50,924 nt of DNA, from contig CAVKFY010000029.1 of NCBI GenBank assembly GCA_963655775.1, positions 13,813 to 64,736 on the forward strand, given 5' to 3'. Numbering within the stretch: position 1 is the first letter of the stretch; each line of letters opens with the position of its first letter. Source of the DNA: Alistipes communis (GTDB lineage Bacteria; Bacillota_I; Bacilli_A; RFN20; CAG-826). Under the pieces are notes generated by a model. The model searched no databases. It was not told where the DNA came from and was given only the letters and a program-made list of their open reading frames with translations. The position numbers and the translations under genes are program-made. Shown one piece after another: positions 35,692 through 45,398 of this stretch.

Positions 35692-36873
35692 TTATTTTGT
35701 CTTTTTCTTAAATAAGAAAAGACTTATTAACATCAAGCAAGGAAAGATGATTGCAAAAAGAATTCCCATACGAAGGTTATTATCAAATAAGCCCGAAATA
35801 AAACCAGCAAGCGTTGGTCCACCTGAACATCCTACGTCTCCTGCTAAAGCAAGCATCGCAAATAAAACGGTTCCTCCGTTTTTAATCGTAGAAGACGCTT
35901 TAGAAAATGTTCCGGGCCAAAGGATGCCTACAGAGAAGCCGCATATTGCACAGCCAATCAAACTTATTGCGGGAATTGGAACAAGAGCAATTACTAAATA
36001 TGAAGCAACACATAAGATTGTGCTTATCTTCATAAATATATCTAGGTTCATCTTGTGACCAAATTTTCCATAGATTAATCTTGCAGTCCCCATCAACAAT
36101 GCAAAAGCCATAGGACCAGTTAAATCACCAATTGTTTTCGAAACGCCCAATCCTTGTTCGGCAAATGTTGATGCCCATTGGCTTACTGCTTGCTCACTTG
36201 CTCCTGAGCATAACATCATCAACATCAAAATCCAAAACATTGGCATTTTGATTAAATCCAAAAGAGAGCATCCTTTCCCTTCTTCACTAACTAAAGGATA
36301 TATAGGTGTTAAGGCGAAAAGAATTAAGTTTGCTAGAGGTAATGCAGCCCAAATCAAAGCGAGTATTTTCCAGTTTGCTGTGCCAAATATCGAAAAGAAA
36401 ACAGTTGATAGCAAGACGACTCCAACATGTCCCCAGCAATAAAAGGAGTGGAGAAGAGACATTGCTTTTTCTTTGTTTTCAGAAGGACATGCTTCCATGA
36501 TTGGACTAATAAGAACTTCGATTAGCCCTCCACCAATCGCATAAACTATTACGGATATAAGAATTCCTATGAAAGGATTTGGCATTAAATCTGGAAGGAA
36601 GGTCAGCATTGATAAACCAAGGGCTGCACACACGTGAGCAATAATTATTGAAGCGCGGTAACCAATCTTATCAATGAACCATGCTGAAAACATATCAATT
36701 AGAAGCTGGATTACAAAATTGATTGTTATTAACAATGTAATATTTGCTAAAGGTATATCGTAGGTCGTTTGAAATGTGACAAATAATAAAGGAACAAAAT
36801 TATTAATGATGGCCTGAACGATATAACCCACGAAACAGGCAAACATTGTTGTTTTAGCACTTAGCTTCTTCAT
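35692..36873 (-). CDS. MFS transporter
   Basis: 393 aa, about 12 TM segments, MFS-type loop D-K-I-G-Y-R after TM2. Confidence 0.75.
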   Translation of the reverse strand: MKKLSAKTTMFACFVGYIVQAIINNFVPLLFVTFQTTYDIPLANITLLITINFVIQLLIDMFSAWFIDKIGYRASIIIAHVCAALGLSMLTFLPDLMPNPFIGILISVIVYAIGGGLIEVLISPIMEACPSENKEKAMSLLHSFYCWGHVGVVLLSTVFFSIFGTANWKILALIWAALPLANLILFALTPIYPLVSEEGKGCSLLDLIKMPMFWILMLMMLCSGASEQAVSQWASTFAEQGLGVSKTIGDLTGPMAFALLMGTARLIYGKFGHKMNLDIFMKISTILCVASYLVIALVPIPAISLIGCAICGFSVGILWPGTFSKASSTIKNGGTVLFAMLALAGDVGCSGGPTLAGFISGLFDNNLRMGILFAIIFPCLMLISLFLFKKKTK

Positions 36874-36974
36874 AAACCCGAATAAGGATAAAACGTTGCC
36901 TAGAAAAACTCAACAAATTGAGTTTTGATAGAACTAAATGATAATTAATGCAAAACGAATAACGGTTTTTCAAA

Positions 36975-38012
36975 CTATATTTTTGTTTTTAAGAAATATG
37001 CGAAACGTGGTAAAGCAAAATCTAAATATGCGTATTTGGGTGAGCAAAGGATCCCTTTCTTAATAAGCCTATCTCTATAAACACTTAATGTTTTAATATC
37101 AAAGCCAGTTTTCTCACGCAAATCCTCATTTTTGATTGGAGAATTTTCTATCATGGCAATAACTAAATCTTGTTCTTTTGAACTCAATTTTGAGAACAAT
37201 TTGTCATAGACGTAATCCGCCAAATATTGATCGAATTCGCCTAATACATCCTTGTTGACTTCTTTCAATTTGTAAACGTACATTAAATATCCAAGAACTT
37301 GATAAGCGTAGGCATAGCCTTTAGTGAGTTTTGCTAGACTAAAACTATTTTCTTCATCGACGTCTAAGTATTTTTGATATGCAAGTGCGATAGAAGATAG
37401 ATTGAGTGGTCCGAGGTATATTTTCGGAGCTCTATATAAGAAAGTTAAGCTTTTATCGTCTTGTAACTTAGAGATGTTTTCATATAGACCAGTCATTAAT
37501 AACAAAACTTTATAGCCTTGCCTTATTAATGTTTGATAGGCTTCAATAAAGGTTTTCATTTGGCTGCTATTATCAACTTCATCAATGGTGATTAGAACTC
37601 TTTTTCCTTTGTCGTTAATATGACCAATCATCTTCTTTAGAAGACTGATTACGGTGGTGGTAGGTTCTTTGCCTTTCAACGAAAAGGTTAATCCATTAAA
37701 AGAAAAACTAAATTCGCCTTTTAAGAAGAGTCTTTTTAGCCTGCATGTTTCATAAATTTCGGAGGCGAAATTCTCTAAAATGTTGTCTTTTGGTCCCGGA
37801 TCAACTACAACCCAGTTGTCATCTTCTTTTAAAGCGTTTGCAATTGTTGACATTAAAACGGTTTTACCGCTTCCACGCAACCCTGTAATTATGTAGACGT
37901 AGTTTGAGATGTTTTCACTTGTAAAATCGGAAATTATTTTTTCAGTCTCGTTATTTCTTTTGATTAAGTTCATCGGTTCTATCCCGAATGTTGTCGAAAA
38001 TGGATTTGTCAT
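36975..38012 (-). CDS. Orphan AAA+ ATPase (Arch_ATPase/ATPase_2-like) with C-terminal winged-helix domain
   Basis: Walker A GLRGSGKT, Walker B VLITIDEVD. C-terminal wHTH-like LSSKEQDLVIAMIENSPIKNEDLREKTGFDIKTLSVYRDRLIKKGIL. Confidence 0.7.
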   Translation of the reverse strand: MTNPFSTTFGIEPMNLIKRNNETEKIISDFTSENISNYVYIITGLRGSGKTVLMSTIANALKEDDNWVVVDPGPKDNILENFASEIYETCRLKRLFLKGEFSFSFNGLTFSLKGKEPTTTVISLLKKMIGHINDKGKRVLITIDEVDNSSQMKTFIEAYQTLIRQGYKVLLLMTGLYENISKLQDDKSLTFLYRAPKIYLGPLNLSSIALAYQKYLDVDEENSFSLAKLTKGYAYAYQVLGYLMYVYKLKEVNKDVLGEFDQYLADYVYDKLFSKLSSKEQDLVIAMIENSPIKNEDLREKTGFDIKTLSVYRDRLIKKGILCSPKYAYLDFALPRFAYFLKTKI

Positions 38013-38022
38013 ACAATTCTCC

Positions 38023-38079
38023 TTTAGAACATTTTAGAACTCTTTAGATGTTTTTAAAATTTTTAGAACTCTTTAGAAC
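38023..38079. repeat. Six ~10-bp-phased TTTAGAAC units (GTTCTAAA on the gene strand) immediately upstream of the AAA+ ATPase gene
   Basis: TTTAGAAC at 38023, 38033, 38062 and 38072. Variants TTTAGAT at 38043 and TTTAAAAT at 38053. The proximal unit abuts the RBS AAGGAG. Confidence 0.8.
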
Positions 38080-38151
38080 TTCGAAAATTATTCGATTTTT
38101 ACGAAATAAAATGAAGTAGTTTCCCATTGTATGTAATAAAATCTTGCTTGT

Positions 38152-38829
38152 ATGAAACTTATCTTAATCGACATTGACAACACGTTACTTGATTATGATG
38201 CGTATACTGAACATGCATTAAGAGAAGGATTTAAACGTTTTGGTTTAGGTGATTTCAATGAAAATGTAATAGAAGTGTTTCATCACGAAAACATTCTTTT
38301 GTGGAGAGAAATAGAGAATGGGACTTTGACCTTTGAAGAATTACAGAAAATAAGATTCAACAAAGTGTTTAATGCCTTGAATATTAATTTCGATGGCGTT
38401 GTTTTCGAAGCGTATTACCGTGATGAATTGTTTGAGAGTGCAATTCCGGTGAAGAATGCTTATAAGATGTTAGACTATCTAAAAGATAAATATGTTTTAG
38501 CTGTAGCTAGTAATGGCCCATATAATCAACAGCTTCATCGTTTAGAAATAGCTGATATGAAGAAATACTTTTCTTATTTTTTCATCTCAGAGAAATTAGG
38601 ATATTCAAAACCTGCAAAAGAATTTTTTGATAAAGCCTTTCTTGAATTAAAAGATGATATATCGAAAGATGAAATATGTATCATCGGTGACTCTCTTACT
38701 TCGGATATGGCTGGAGGAAACAATGCTGGAATTAAGACCTGTTTCTTTAATAAGAGAGGCATCGAATTAAACGATCCTAAAGTCGATTATGTAATTAACG
38801 ACTTAGCGGATGTTTCCTTGTATTTTTAG
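38152..38829 (+). CDS. HAD-superfamily hydrolase (YjjG-like nucleotidase subfamily)
   Basis: Motif I LIDIDNTL, motif II VASNG, motif IV IGDSLTSDMAGG. Confidence 0.8.
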   Translation: MKLILIDIDNTLLDYDAYTEHALREGFKRFGLGDFNENVIEVFHHENILLWREIENGTLTFEELQKIRFNKVFNALNINFDGVVFEAYYRDELFESAIPVKNAYKMLDYLKDKYVLAVASNGPYNQQLHRLEIADMKKYFSYFFISEKLGYSKPAKEFFDKAFLELKDDISKDEICIIGDSLTSDMAGGNNAGIKTCFFNKRGIELNDPKVDYVINDLADVSLYF

Positions 38830-38831
38830 TT

Positions 38832-40172
38832 ATGCGTTCTACATTCTTTTTGGATCGAATAAATAAACCTGAAACTGCCAAAGCGCAGATTTATTACGCT
38901 TGCATATGCTTGTTTGAAGGCATGGTTATTTCCTTTCTTACGATCTTCTTAAATGAATGCCGTAAACAACTGTGTTGGAATTCTACGATGTCTTCGTTTA
39001 GTTTGTTTCTTCCTTCTTTTGGCGCAGCTATTGGCATATTTATTTGTTCATTCTTTGTCTCTCATCAAAAACAAAATCTAAAAATCATGAGAATTCTCCT
39101 TATAATTTCTTTCTTTAGCATTGTTTTGATGTCATTGCTTGGGATATTTATGCCAAATGGGCTTGATTCTAAGGGCAATATTATAAATTCAGGCCAGTTT
39201 TACGCTTTATTTTTTGTTTTCTTGATTTTTCCAGCCATATTGATGGGCTTACATTGGGCGTTTCTTTCTTACCATGCTTCATGTGCGGCAGATATTACAT
39301 TTGCAGAGAAAAGTAGATACGGACATATATGTTTATATGGAACATTGGTTCCTGCTCTAGCATCACCCTTAGCAGGTTATATCGCAGAATGTTATTTGAC
39401 TGGTTACAAAGGATATCTGTTTCTGTTTTTAGTCGCTTCGCCTTTGCTATTTCTTCTTTTTGGATTCACCTTTATTTTTAAGCCATTCCCATCCTCTTTG
39501 TACCATTCAGATTCGGATGAACATGTACCAACAAAGCTTTTGTTCAAGAATAGAACTTACGTGTTTTATTTATTCCTAGCATCTTTATGGATTCCACTTA
39601 TTTGGGCTAGCGATTCTTTATCTTCAAGTCTGTGGTCATCTTATGAATCTAGCTCTTCGGTGATGAATTCGTTTAATTCGCTCACTTGGGGTATTTATTT
39701 AGGAGTTTCCTATATTTTTGAGTTCACGATTATTTTTATCAACACTCATTTTGGCATCGGAAAAAAGATACGTTTTTCCCTTAGCTTGGCTTTGATTTTT
39801 ATCTTTCTAGAAACCTTAGGCTTAGGATTGCTTGCTTATTATTTTGTTGGCGAAGATTCAACAAGCATTGCCTTGGTTGTCGGAATAATTCTCATACATT
39901 CATTAAAAGGTATGGCTAGCGGTCTTTATGTGACAAGCAACCTTTTGATTCTTAATCATATTCTTGGACCTAAACTTAGAAGAAAGGCTGTTTTTATTGC
40001 TCCATTGATATTTCAATTAGTAAACTCAGTCCTACAGCTTATATATCCTTATTTATATGAAAAAATATATTTAGCGTTCTTTATTATTGCAACGTTGGCG
40101 TTTATAGGTTTGATATTGTCTACTTTCCTAGATGTTCATTTTCTTCATCATCCTGAAGAAATAGAAGACTAG
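38832..40172 (+). CDS. Polytopic membrane protein, MFS-like; function unknown
   Basis: 446 aa with about 12 hydrophobic segments. No obvious RBS at the listed start, so the start is uncertain. Confidence 0.5.
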   Translation: MRSTFFLDRINKPETAKAQIYYACICLFEGMVISFLTIFLNECRKQLCWNSTMSSFSLFLPSFGAAIGIFICSFFVSHQKQNLKIMRILLIISFFSIVLMSLLGIFMPNGLDSKGNIINSGQFYALFFVFLIFPAILMGLHWAFLSYHASCAADITFAEKSRYGHICLYGTLVPALASPLAGYIAECYLTGYKGYLFLFLVASPLLFLLFGFTFIFKPFPSSLYHSDSDEHVPTKLLFKNRTYVFYLFLASLWIPLIWASDSLSSSLWSSYESSSSVMNSFNSLTWGIYLGVSYIFEFTIIFINTHFGIGKKIRFSLSLALIFIFLETLGLGLLAYYFVGEDSTSIALVVGIILIHSLKGMASGLYVTSNLLILNHILGPKLRRKAVFIAPLIFQLVNSVLQLIYPYLYEKIYLAFFIIATLAFIGLILSTFLDVHFLHHPEEIED

Positions 40173-40769
40173 CTATTCAACAATAGGTAAAGACAATCTT
40201 ATTAAATCACGGGCGATTTCTTTCTCGCCGATGTTTAAATCGTTTGTATAGGCAAAATAGATTGTGCTTGCAAATGCGCCAGCATAGAAATGAGAAGTAA
40301 TCACGCTATTAATTTTTTTAGTTAAGAACTTCTCATAATTCTTTTCTAACCTTTTAAACACATCCTGAATAAACACATCTAATGTATAGAAAAGAACCTT
40401 AGAAGAATCGTGCTTAATTATTTCTTTTATAGGAAGGTCTGTGGTATAGAAGAAATGAACGATAGATTCAACGGCTTTTTTAAAGCTAAAAATTCTTGTC
40501 GCATAGAACGCTTTATCTAAGATAGGTTTTATTTCCTTAATTAAAGCGGCTTCATACCTCTCAAATAAGAAGATAAGCAATTCGTTCTTATCATTGAAAT
40601 TATTATAGAAAGTGTTTTTAGAAATGAGCGCACGATCAGTGATGTCTTTTACAGATATTTGATCAATTCCTTTTTCTATTAATAAATCTTCTAATGCATT
40701 AGCTAGATCTCTTTTTGTACGTACTATACGCGCGTCTTCTTTTATAGTTACTTGTTCGTTTTTTTCCAT
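40173..40769 (-). CDS. TetR-family transcriptional regulator
   Basis: N-terminal HTH IDQISVKDITDRALISKNTFYNNFNDKNELL. Divergent from the ABC operon. Confidence 0.85.
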   Translation of the reverse strand: MEKNEQVTIKEDARIVRTKRDLANALEDLLIEKGIDQISVKDITDRALISKNTFYNNFNDKNELLIFLFERYEAALIKEIKPILDKAFYATRIFSFKKAVESIVHFFYTTDLPIKEIIKHDSSKVLFYTLDVFIQDVFKRLEKNYEKFLTKKINSVITSHFYAGAFASTIYFAYTNDLNIGEKEIARDLIRLSLPIVE

Positions 40770-40900
40770 GATTTTTTGCCTTCTTATTGGACGACTTTCA
40801 AAATATTATCACAAAAGTGTTGTAAATGGAATAGAGTAGTAATAATATACTGCACGGAAGATATTGTACTAATGTCCAATAACTTCTAAGGAGACTAAAT

Positions 40901-41830
40901 ATGGCGGATATAATTGAAATCAAAAATCTAACAAAGGACTATGGGGAAGGCCGTGGAGTTTTTGACGTTTCATTTTCTGTTAGAGAAGGGGAATGTTTTG
41001 GATTCTTAGGTCCTAATGGTGCTGGTAAATCAACAACAATTAGACATTTAATGGGATTTAGTGTTCCTGACTCTGGTGAAACGTTACTAAGAGGAGAGAA
41101 TTCTCTTAAGAACAGAGAAAAAATCATGCAAGGTGTTTCTTATATTCCAGGGGAGGTTGCTCTTCCTCTTGCCTTAAAAGGAAAAGAAGTTATCGAAGAA
41201 CAAATGAAGCTTAAAGGCATGACTGATAGAGGAATGCTTGATTGGCTAATGAAAGAGTTTGAATACGATCCAAATCTTCGTTGCAAAGAAATGTCCTTGG
41301 GTATGAAAAGAAAAACGGCAATTATTTGTGCCTTCATGTCTGACCCAGACATCATCATCATGGATGAACCATCTTCTGGTCTTGATCCTGAAATGCAAGA
41401 AAGATTTGTTGCCTTAGTTGAGAAAGAAAAGCAAAGAGGAAAAACGATTCTTCTTTCTAGTCACATCTTCCAAGAAGTTGATTCTTGTTGCGATAGAATT
41501 GCAGTCATAAAAGACGGAAAGATCGTTTCTAATTTCGTTGCAAGCGATCTTAAACACAAAAGCATCAAGCAATATCACATCACCTATGCAACGTTTAAAG
41601 ATAAAAATGCAGCAAAGAAATACTTCACCACACATAAATATAAGACTGCAGACAGTTCAATAAATCCTAATAGGCTTTCTGTTTATATCGATGAGAAAAA
41701 CATCAATAAGTTCATCAAAGATATGCCACGAACAGGATTTGTTGATTTCTCAGAAAAGAAAGAAACCTTGGAAGATTACTTCATGTCCTTCTATAAGGAA
41801 GATAGAACATACGGAGGGGTAAAAAGATGA
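40901..41830 (+). CDS. ABC transporter ATP-binding protein (ABC-2 subfamily), subunit 1
   Basis: GPNGAGKSTT, signature variant MSLGMKRK, Walker B IIIMDEPSSGLD. Confidence 0.85.
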   Translation: MADIIEIKNLTKDYGEGRGVFDVSFSVREGECFGFLGPNGAGKSTTIRHLMGFSVPDSGETLLRGENSLKNREKIMQGVSYIPGEVALPLALKGKEVIEEQMKLKGMTDRGMLDWLMKEFEYDPNLRCKEMSLGMKRKTAIICAFMSDPDIIIMDEPSSGLDPEMQERFVALVEKEKQRGKTILLSSHIFQEVDSCCDRIAVIKDGKIVSNFVASDLKHKSIKQYHITYATFKDKNAAKKYFTTHKYKTADSSINPNRLSVYIDEKNINKFIKDMPRTGFVDFSEKKETLEDYFMSFYKEDRTYGGVKR

Positions 41831-42750
41831 ATGAGAAAAAGACAGTAATCAAAGTTGATAATGTTACTAAAGATTATGGCCAAGGAAGAGGAAACTTCGA
41901 TGTCTCCTTCCAAATAAAAGAAGGAGAAACGTTGGGTATCGTTGGTGAGAATGGTGCTGGAAAAACAACTCTTATCCGCCAACTGATGGGCTTCATCAAA
42001 TCTGATCAAGGTAATATCAAAATCTATAGTTATGACGCTTATAAAGATTCAGCTCTAACGAAATCCTATATTGGTTACATTCCAGGTGAAATCAACTTCC
42101 CTGACGTTAAATCAGGAAATGAATTCCTTCATAACTATGGCAGAAGCCTTGGAATGAAAGAAGAAGACTTCGACTACGCCAATGAAATAATCTCAAGAAT
42201 GCAGCTCGATATTCGGGCCTATCCAAAAAGAATGAGTAAGGGCATGAAGCAAAAGACAAGCATTGTTGCAGCCATGATGTTAAAGGCCCCGATCCTCATC
42301 CTAGACGAACCTTCAATCGGTCTTGATCCATTGATGAGAGAAGAACTTCTCAAACTCATCTTAGAACAAAAAGAAAGAGGGGCGACAATCATCATGTCTT
42401 CTAATACGATCGAAGAATTAGAAAGAGTTTGTGACAAGGTTGCCTACATGTCTCAAGGAAAGATTCTTGATGTAGCAGACGTTCATGAAATTAAGAATCG
42501 AAAAGAAAGAGATTTGAAGATCGAGTTCAAAAACAAAAAGGAATTCGATTCCTTCATCAAAGGAAGAAAAGACATCCTTAGAAAACAACCTCAATATAAC
42601 CAAGTGACTCTAAGAATCAAAAAAACTGAAATACCAAAGTTATTCAATGAATTAGAAAAATACGACATCAAATTTATATCTGAGGCGAAATACAATCTCA
42701 CGACTTATTTCAACGAAAGAAGAAAAAACATCATTACGGAGGGAAAGTAA
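41827..42750 (+). CDS. ABC transporter ATP-binding protein (ABC-2 subfamily), subunit 2
   Basis: GENGAGKTTL, MSKGMKQK, ILILDEPSIGLD. ATGA overlap with subunit 1. Confidence 0.85.
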   Translation: MNEKKTVIKVDNVTKDYGQGRGNFDVSFQIKEGETLGIVGENGAGKTTLIRQLMGFIKSDQGNIKIYSYDAYKDSALTKSYIGYIPGEINFPDVKSGNEFLHNYGRSLGMKEEDFDYANEIISRMQLDIRAYPKRMSKGMKQKTSIVAAMMLKAPILILDEPSIGLDPLMREELLKLILEQKERGATIIMSSNTIEELERVCDKVAYMSQGKILDVADVHEIKNRKERDLKIEFKNKKEFDSFIKGRKDILRKQPQYNQVTLRIKKTEIPKLFNELEKYDIKFISEAKYNLTTYFNERRKNIITEGK

Positions 42751-42751
42751 G

Positions 42752-45280
42752 ATGAATAAGAAAGTTAGTAAAAAAGAAATAGTTGCAGACGAAAAAACAA
42801 CTGAAAATCCAGAAATCACTGCTAAAACTAAGGTTTCTTCCAAAAAAGCTGCTCCAAAAAAAGCCGCCAAAAAAGAAGAAATAGTTAAGGAAGTAAAAGC
42901 AGAAAAGAAAGAAGAAACAGTTGAAAAAGAAACCATCAACGTCAACCCAAAAGAAGATGTAACCATGGCTCAAGCACCAGAGCTTAAGAATTCAAAAGGC
43001 AAAAAGAGAACAAAGAAAGCACATCTATTCTCTTCCGCCCTTTTCAAAGAATCTCTTCATTCCAATCGTTTAGGCTTAAGTGTTGTTTCTATCGGTAACG
43101 CCATAATCATGGTTATCATCATTTCGATTCTTTCGACGTTACACATCAATTCAACCGCGACTGCTCTTGCTGATTTGTTTAGCAATGCTGATTACGAGAA
43201 TACCGTAAAGAGTGGTGCAATCTCCCTTTATTCTGGCTATAAGAATACTGCCGAATCATATGAATCATTTATCGCAGGAGATGATGCCGCACAATCAGTT
43301 TTTGCCCAAGAGGTTGCTGAAGTAGAAGATACAACTTTAAATTCCAGCATTGAAACGGCCAAAAAACTATATGATGTCACCTATACCGCCACTCCAGGGG
43401 ATAGTGCAACAAAGAAATCGGTTGCTAAATCCACAACGATGGAATTAGTTAACAAGACAATTGATAACTCTTCCTCATATTCAGATTCTGAGAAAGTCGT
43501 TGCAAAGAGCATCATCACTTATTTCTTCGATATTTACGCAAATGATACATCTAAGACGACCAAAGATATTCTTAAGATGGCAATTCCTGAGGCCTTCACT
43601 GACACAATAGTTACCACCTATAGCTTAAACGATGCTCAAAAGGAAACGACTTCAACTCTTCTTAGCTCCGCTATCACTCGTGTTTATGATTCTTCCGAAG
43701 ACGTTAAATACGTTAAGGTTGATTCATCCTTACAACTCCTTCCAATACTTGCTGGAGAAAATAGCTCACTTATTGCTAAAGTTTGCGATGGTTTGACCGA
43801 AACCTTCGAAGAAGATAAAGATGCCTATATCAACGATGACAGCATCAGACAAAATTATGTCTCTAGCGCTTGCCAAGAATTGGTCATGGAAACTCTTGCT
43901 TCATTTGCGTATTTCCAATATCTTCCAGACTTCACTGTTGAATATAAGACAAACGATCTTGGCTATCCAATTAGATTAGTCGGAACAGGAAGATATGCTG
44001 AAAACGGCAATGAAATAAAAGAAGAAATTCCTGTTACAACCTATAATCCAGACGTCTACATCAAAGAAAGCGAAAAGATGGGCAAAACCTCTAACATGCT
44101 TCAAAAGATGAGAAAAGAAATCTTAACTGGTGAAGCATATACAGATGAGGAAATTGATGCTGCAAAAGAAGAAGCGCAAGAAAGCCTCGACACAATCGCT
44201 TTAAATCTAAAGAACTTCATGAACATCTACCTTAACAGAGAAAATGGTGTTAATGCCTATTTCGATGGAAAGGATGTTAACGAAGATAGCATTGCAAACT
44301 TAGCCGTTAATCAAGTTTCTGAAATGGCTAAAGCAACATTAATTAGTTCTTATAACGAAAAGAACGATCCTAAAATTTCTAGCATTGAAGAAATCACAGT
44401 TGAAAACTCTTCAATGTCGGGATCTGAAATGATGACTCTTGTTAGAGGATATGCAGCAAGTGGCATCTCTTCTTACGAAACTTACTATGATGAATTTGCT
44501 AAGAAAGGCTATTCCACGACAGATTGCAACCTTCTTGCAATGAATAAAGGCAGCCAAGGTGTTATGGCTCAATTGCCTACAAGCGTCGATGATTCCCTTA
44601 AGGAGATGGGTGATATGAACACTTACGGAATTATCGTTGGTGTCGTTGCATTCGGCATTGCCGCTCTTCTTATCCCAATGGTCTACACCATCCTTCTCTC
44701 TAAGAGCCTTGTTGCAGAAAAAGTCGAAACAGGTTCTCTTGCCTTCACTCTTTCTACTCCAACAACAAGAAACTCCTTCATCTTCACTCAAGGCTGTTAC
44801 CTTGTCTTCTCTGAGGTGATTATGGCTGCAACATTATTGCTTGCTAGCATCGTTACTAGAGAAATCGGTATTATGGCTGGTTCAACCGACTTGAGCACGT
44901 CCTTACCAGTTGTTGATCTTTGCCTCTATGCTCTTGGTAACTTCATGGTCGCCTTAGCAGTCTCAGGTATTAACTTCCTTGCCTCTTGCCACTTCAACAA
45001 GACAAGCGAATCCATTGGTGTTGGTGGAGGACTTACAATCTTCTTCTTCATCTGCTCAATTCTTGGCTTATTTGCCACAAAAGCAATTCCAGGAACAATC
45101 CGTATCACGATGATGTCAATCTTCAACTACATGACTATCGACTCGCTCTTTGATGCCTTAGCGGTCATGAATCAAGATTACTCAATCTACTGGTTCAAAC
45201 TTATGTTCTTGTTAATCATCGCCTTTGTGACCTACATCCTTGGTGGATTTGACTTCAAGAAGAAAGACTTACCACTCTAA
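42752..45280 (+). CDS. Giant ABC-2-type permease with Lys/Glu-rich N-terminal tail and a large extracytoplasmic domain
   Basis: 842 aa. A charged tail of about 95 aa (KKAAPKKAAKKEE...), one TM, an extracytoplasmic region of about 500 aa, and five C-terminal TM segments. RBS GGAGGG 8 nt upstream supports the long start. Confidence 0.65.
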   Translation: MNKKVSKKEIVADEKTTENPEITAKTKVSSKKAAPKKAAKKEEIVKEVKAEKKEETVEKETINVNPKEDVTMAQAPELKNSKGKKRTKKAHLFSSALFKESLHSNRLGLSVVSIGNAIIMVIIISILSTLHINSTATALADLFSNADYENTVKSGAISLYSGYKNTAESYESFIAGDDAAQSVFAQEVAEVEDTTLNSSIETAKKLYDVTYTATPGDSATKKSVAKSTTMELVNKTIDNSSSYSDSEKVVAKSIITYFFDIYANDTSKTTKDILKMAIPEAFTDTIVTTYSLNDAQKETTSTLLSSAITRVYDSSEDVKYVKVDSSLQLLPILAGENSSLIAKVCDGLTETFEEDKDAYINDDSIRQNYVSSACQELVMETLASFAYFQYLPDFTVEYKTNDLGYPIRLVGTGRYAENGNEIKEEIPVTTYNPDVYIKESEKMGKTSNMLQKMRKEILTGEAYTDEEIDAAKEEAQESLDTIALNLKNFMNIYLNRENGVNAYFDGKDVNEDSIANLAVNQVSEMAKATLISSYNEKNDPKISSIEEITVENSSMSGSEMMTLVRGYAASGISSYETYYDEFAKKGYSTTDCNLLAMNKGSQGVMAQLPTSVDDSLKEMGDMNTYGIIVGVVAFGIAALLIPMVYTILLSKSLVAEKVETGSLAFTLSTPTTRNSFIFTQGCYLVFSEVIMAATLLLASIVTREIGIMAGSTDLSTSLPVVDLCLYALGNFMVALAVSGINFLASCHFNKTSESIGVGGGLTIFFFICSILGLFATKAIPGTIRITMMSIFNYMTIDSLFDALAVMNQDYSIYWFKLMFLLIIAFVTYILGGFDFKKKDLPL

Positions 45281-45290
45281 TAAATTCCTA

Positions 45291-45322
45291 AAACCATTAA
45301 GAAACAAAACTCTTAGTGGTTT
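45291..45322 (+). terminator. Possible intrinsic terminator after the ABC operon
   Basis: AAACCATTAAG-aaacaaaact-CTTAGTGGTTT: 11-bp stem with one G-U pair, followed by a T-rich tail. Confidence 0.5.
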
Positions 45323-45398
45323 TTCTTTTACAAAAGAACGCTTACATAGAAACGAAAAAGAGTGTCTAAATTCTTCATACGTGATTAAATTATTTGGT

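Noticed and set aside
42652-42973. 104-aa and 79-aa minus-strand ORFs
   Set aside because: These are the reverse complement of the Lys/Glu-rich (AAA/GAA-rich) coding tract, giving Phe/Ser-rich nonsense. Shadow ORFs.
45240-45398. 53-codon N-terminal extension of the guaA ORF
   Set aside because: It overlaps the upstream permease stop and the putative terminator (45291-45322). The conserved GATase domain begins at MEKIIVLDFGG (45399).
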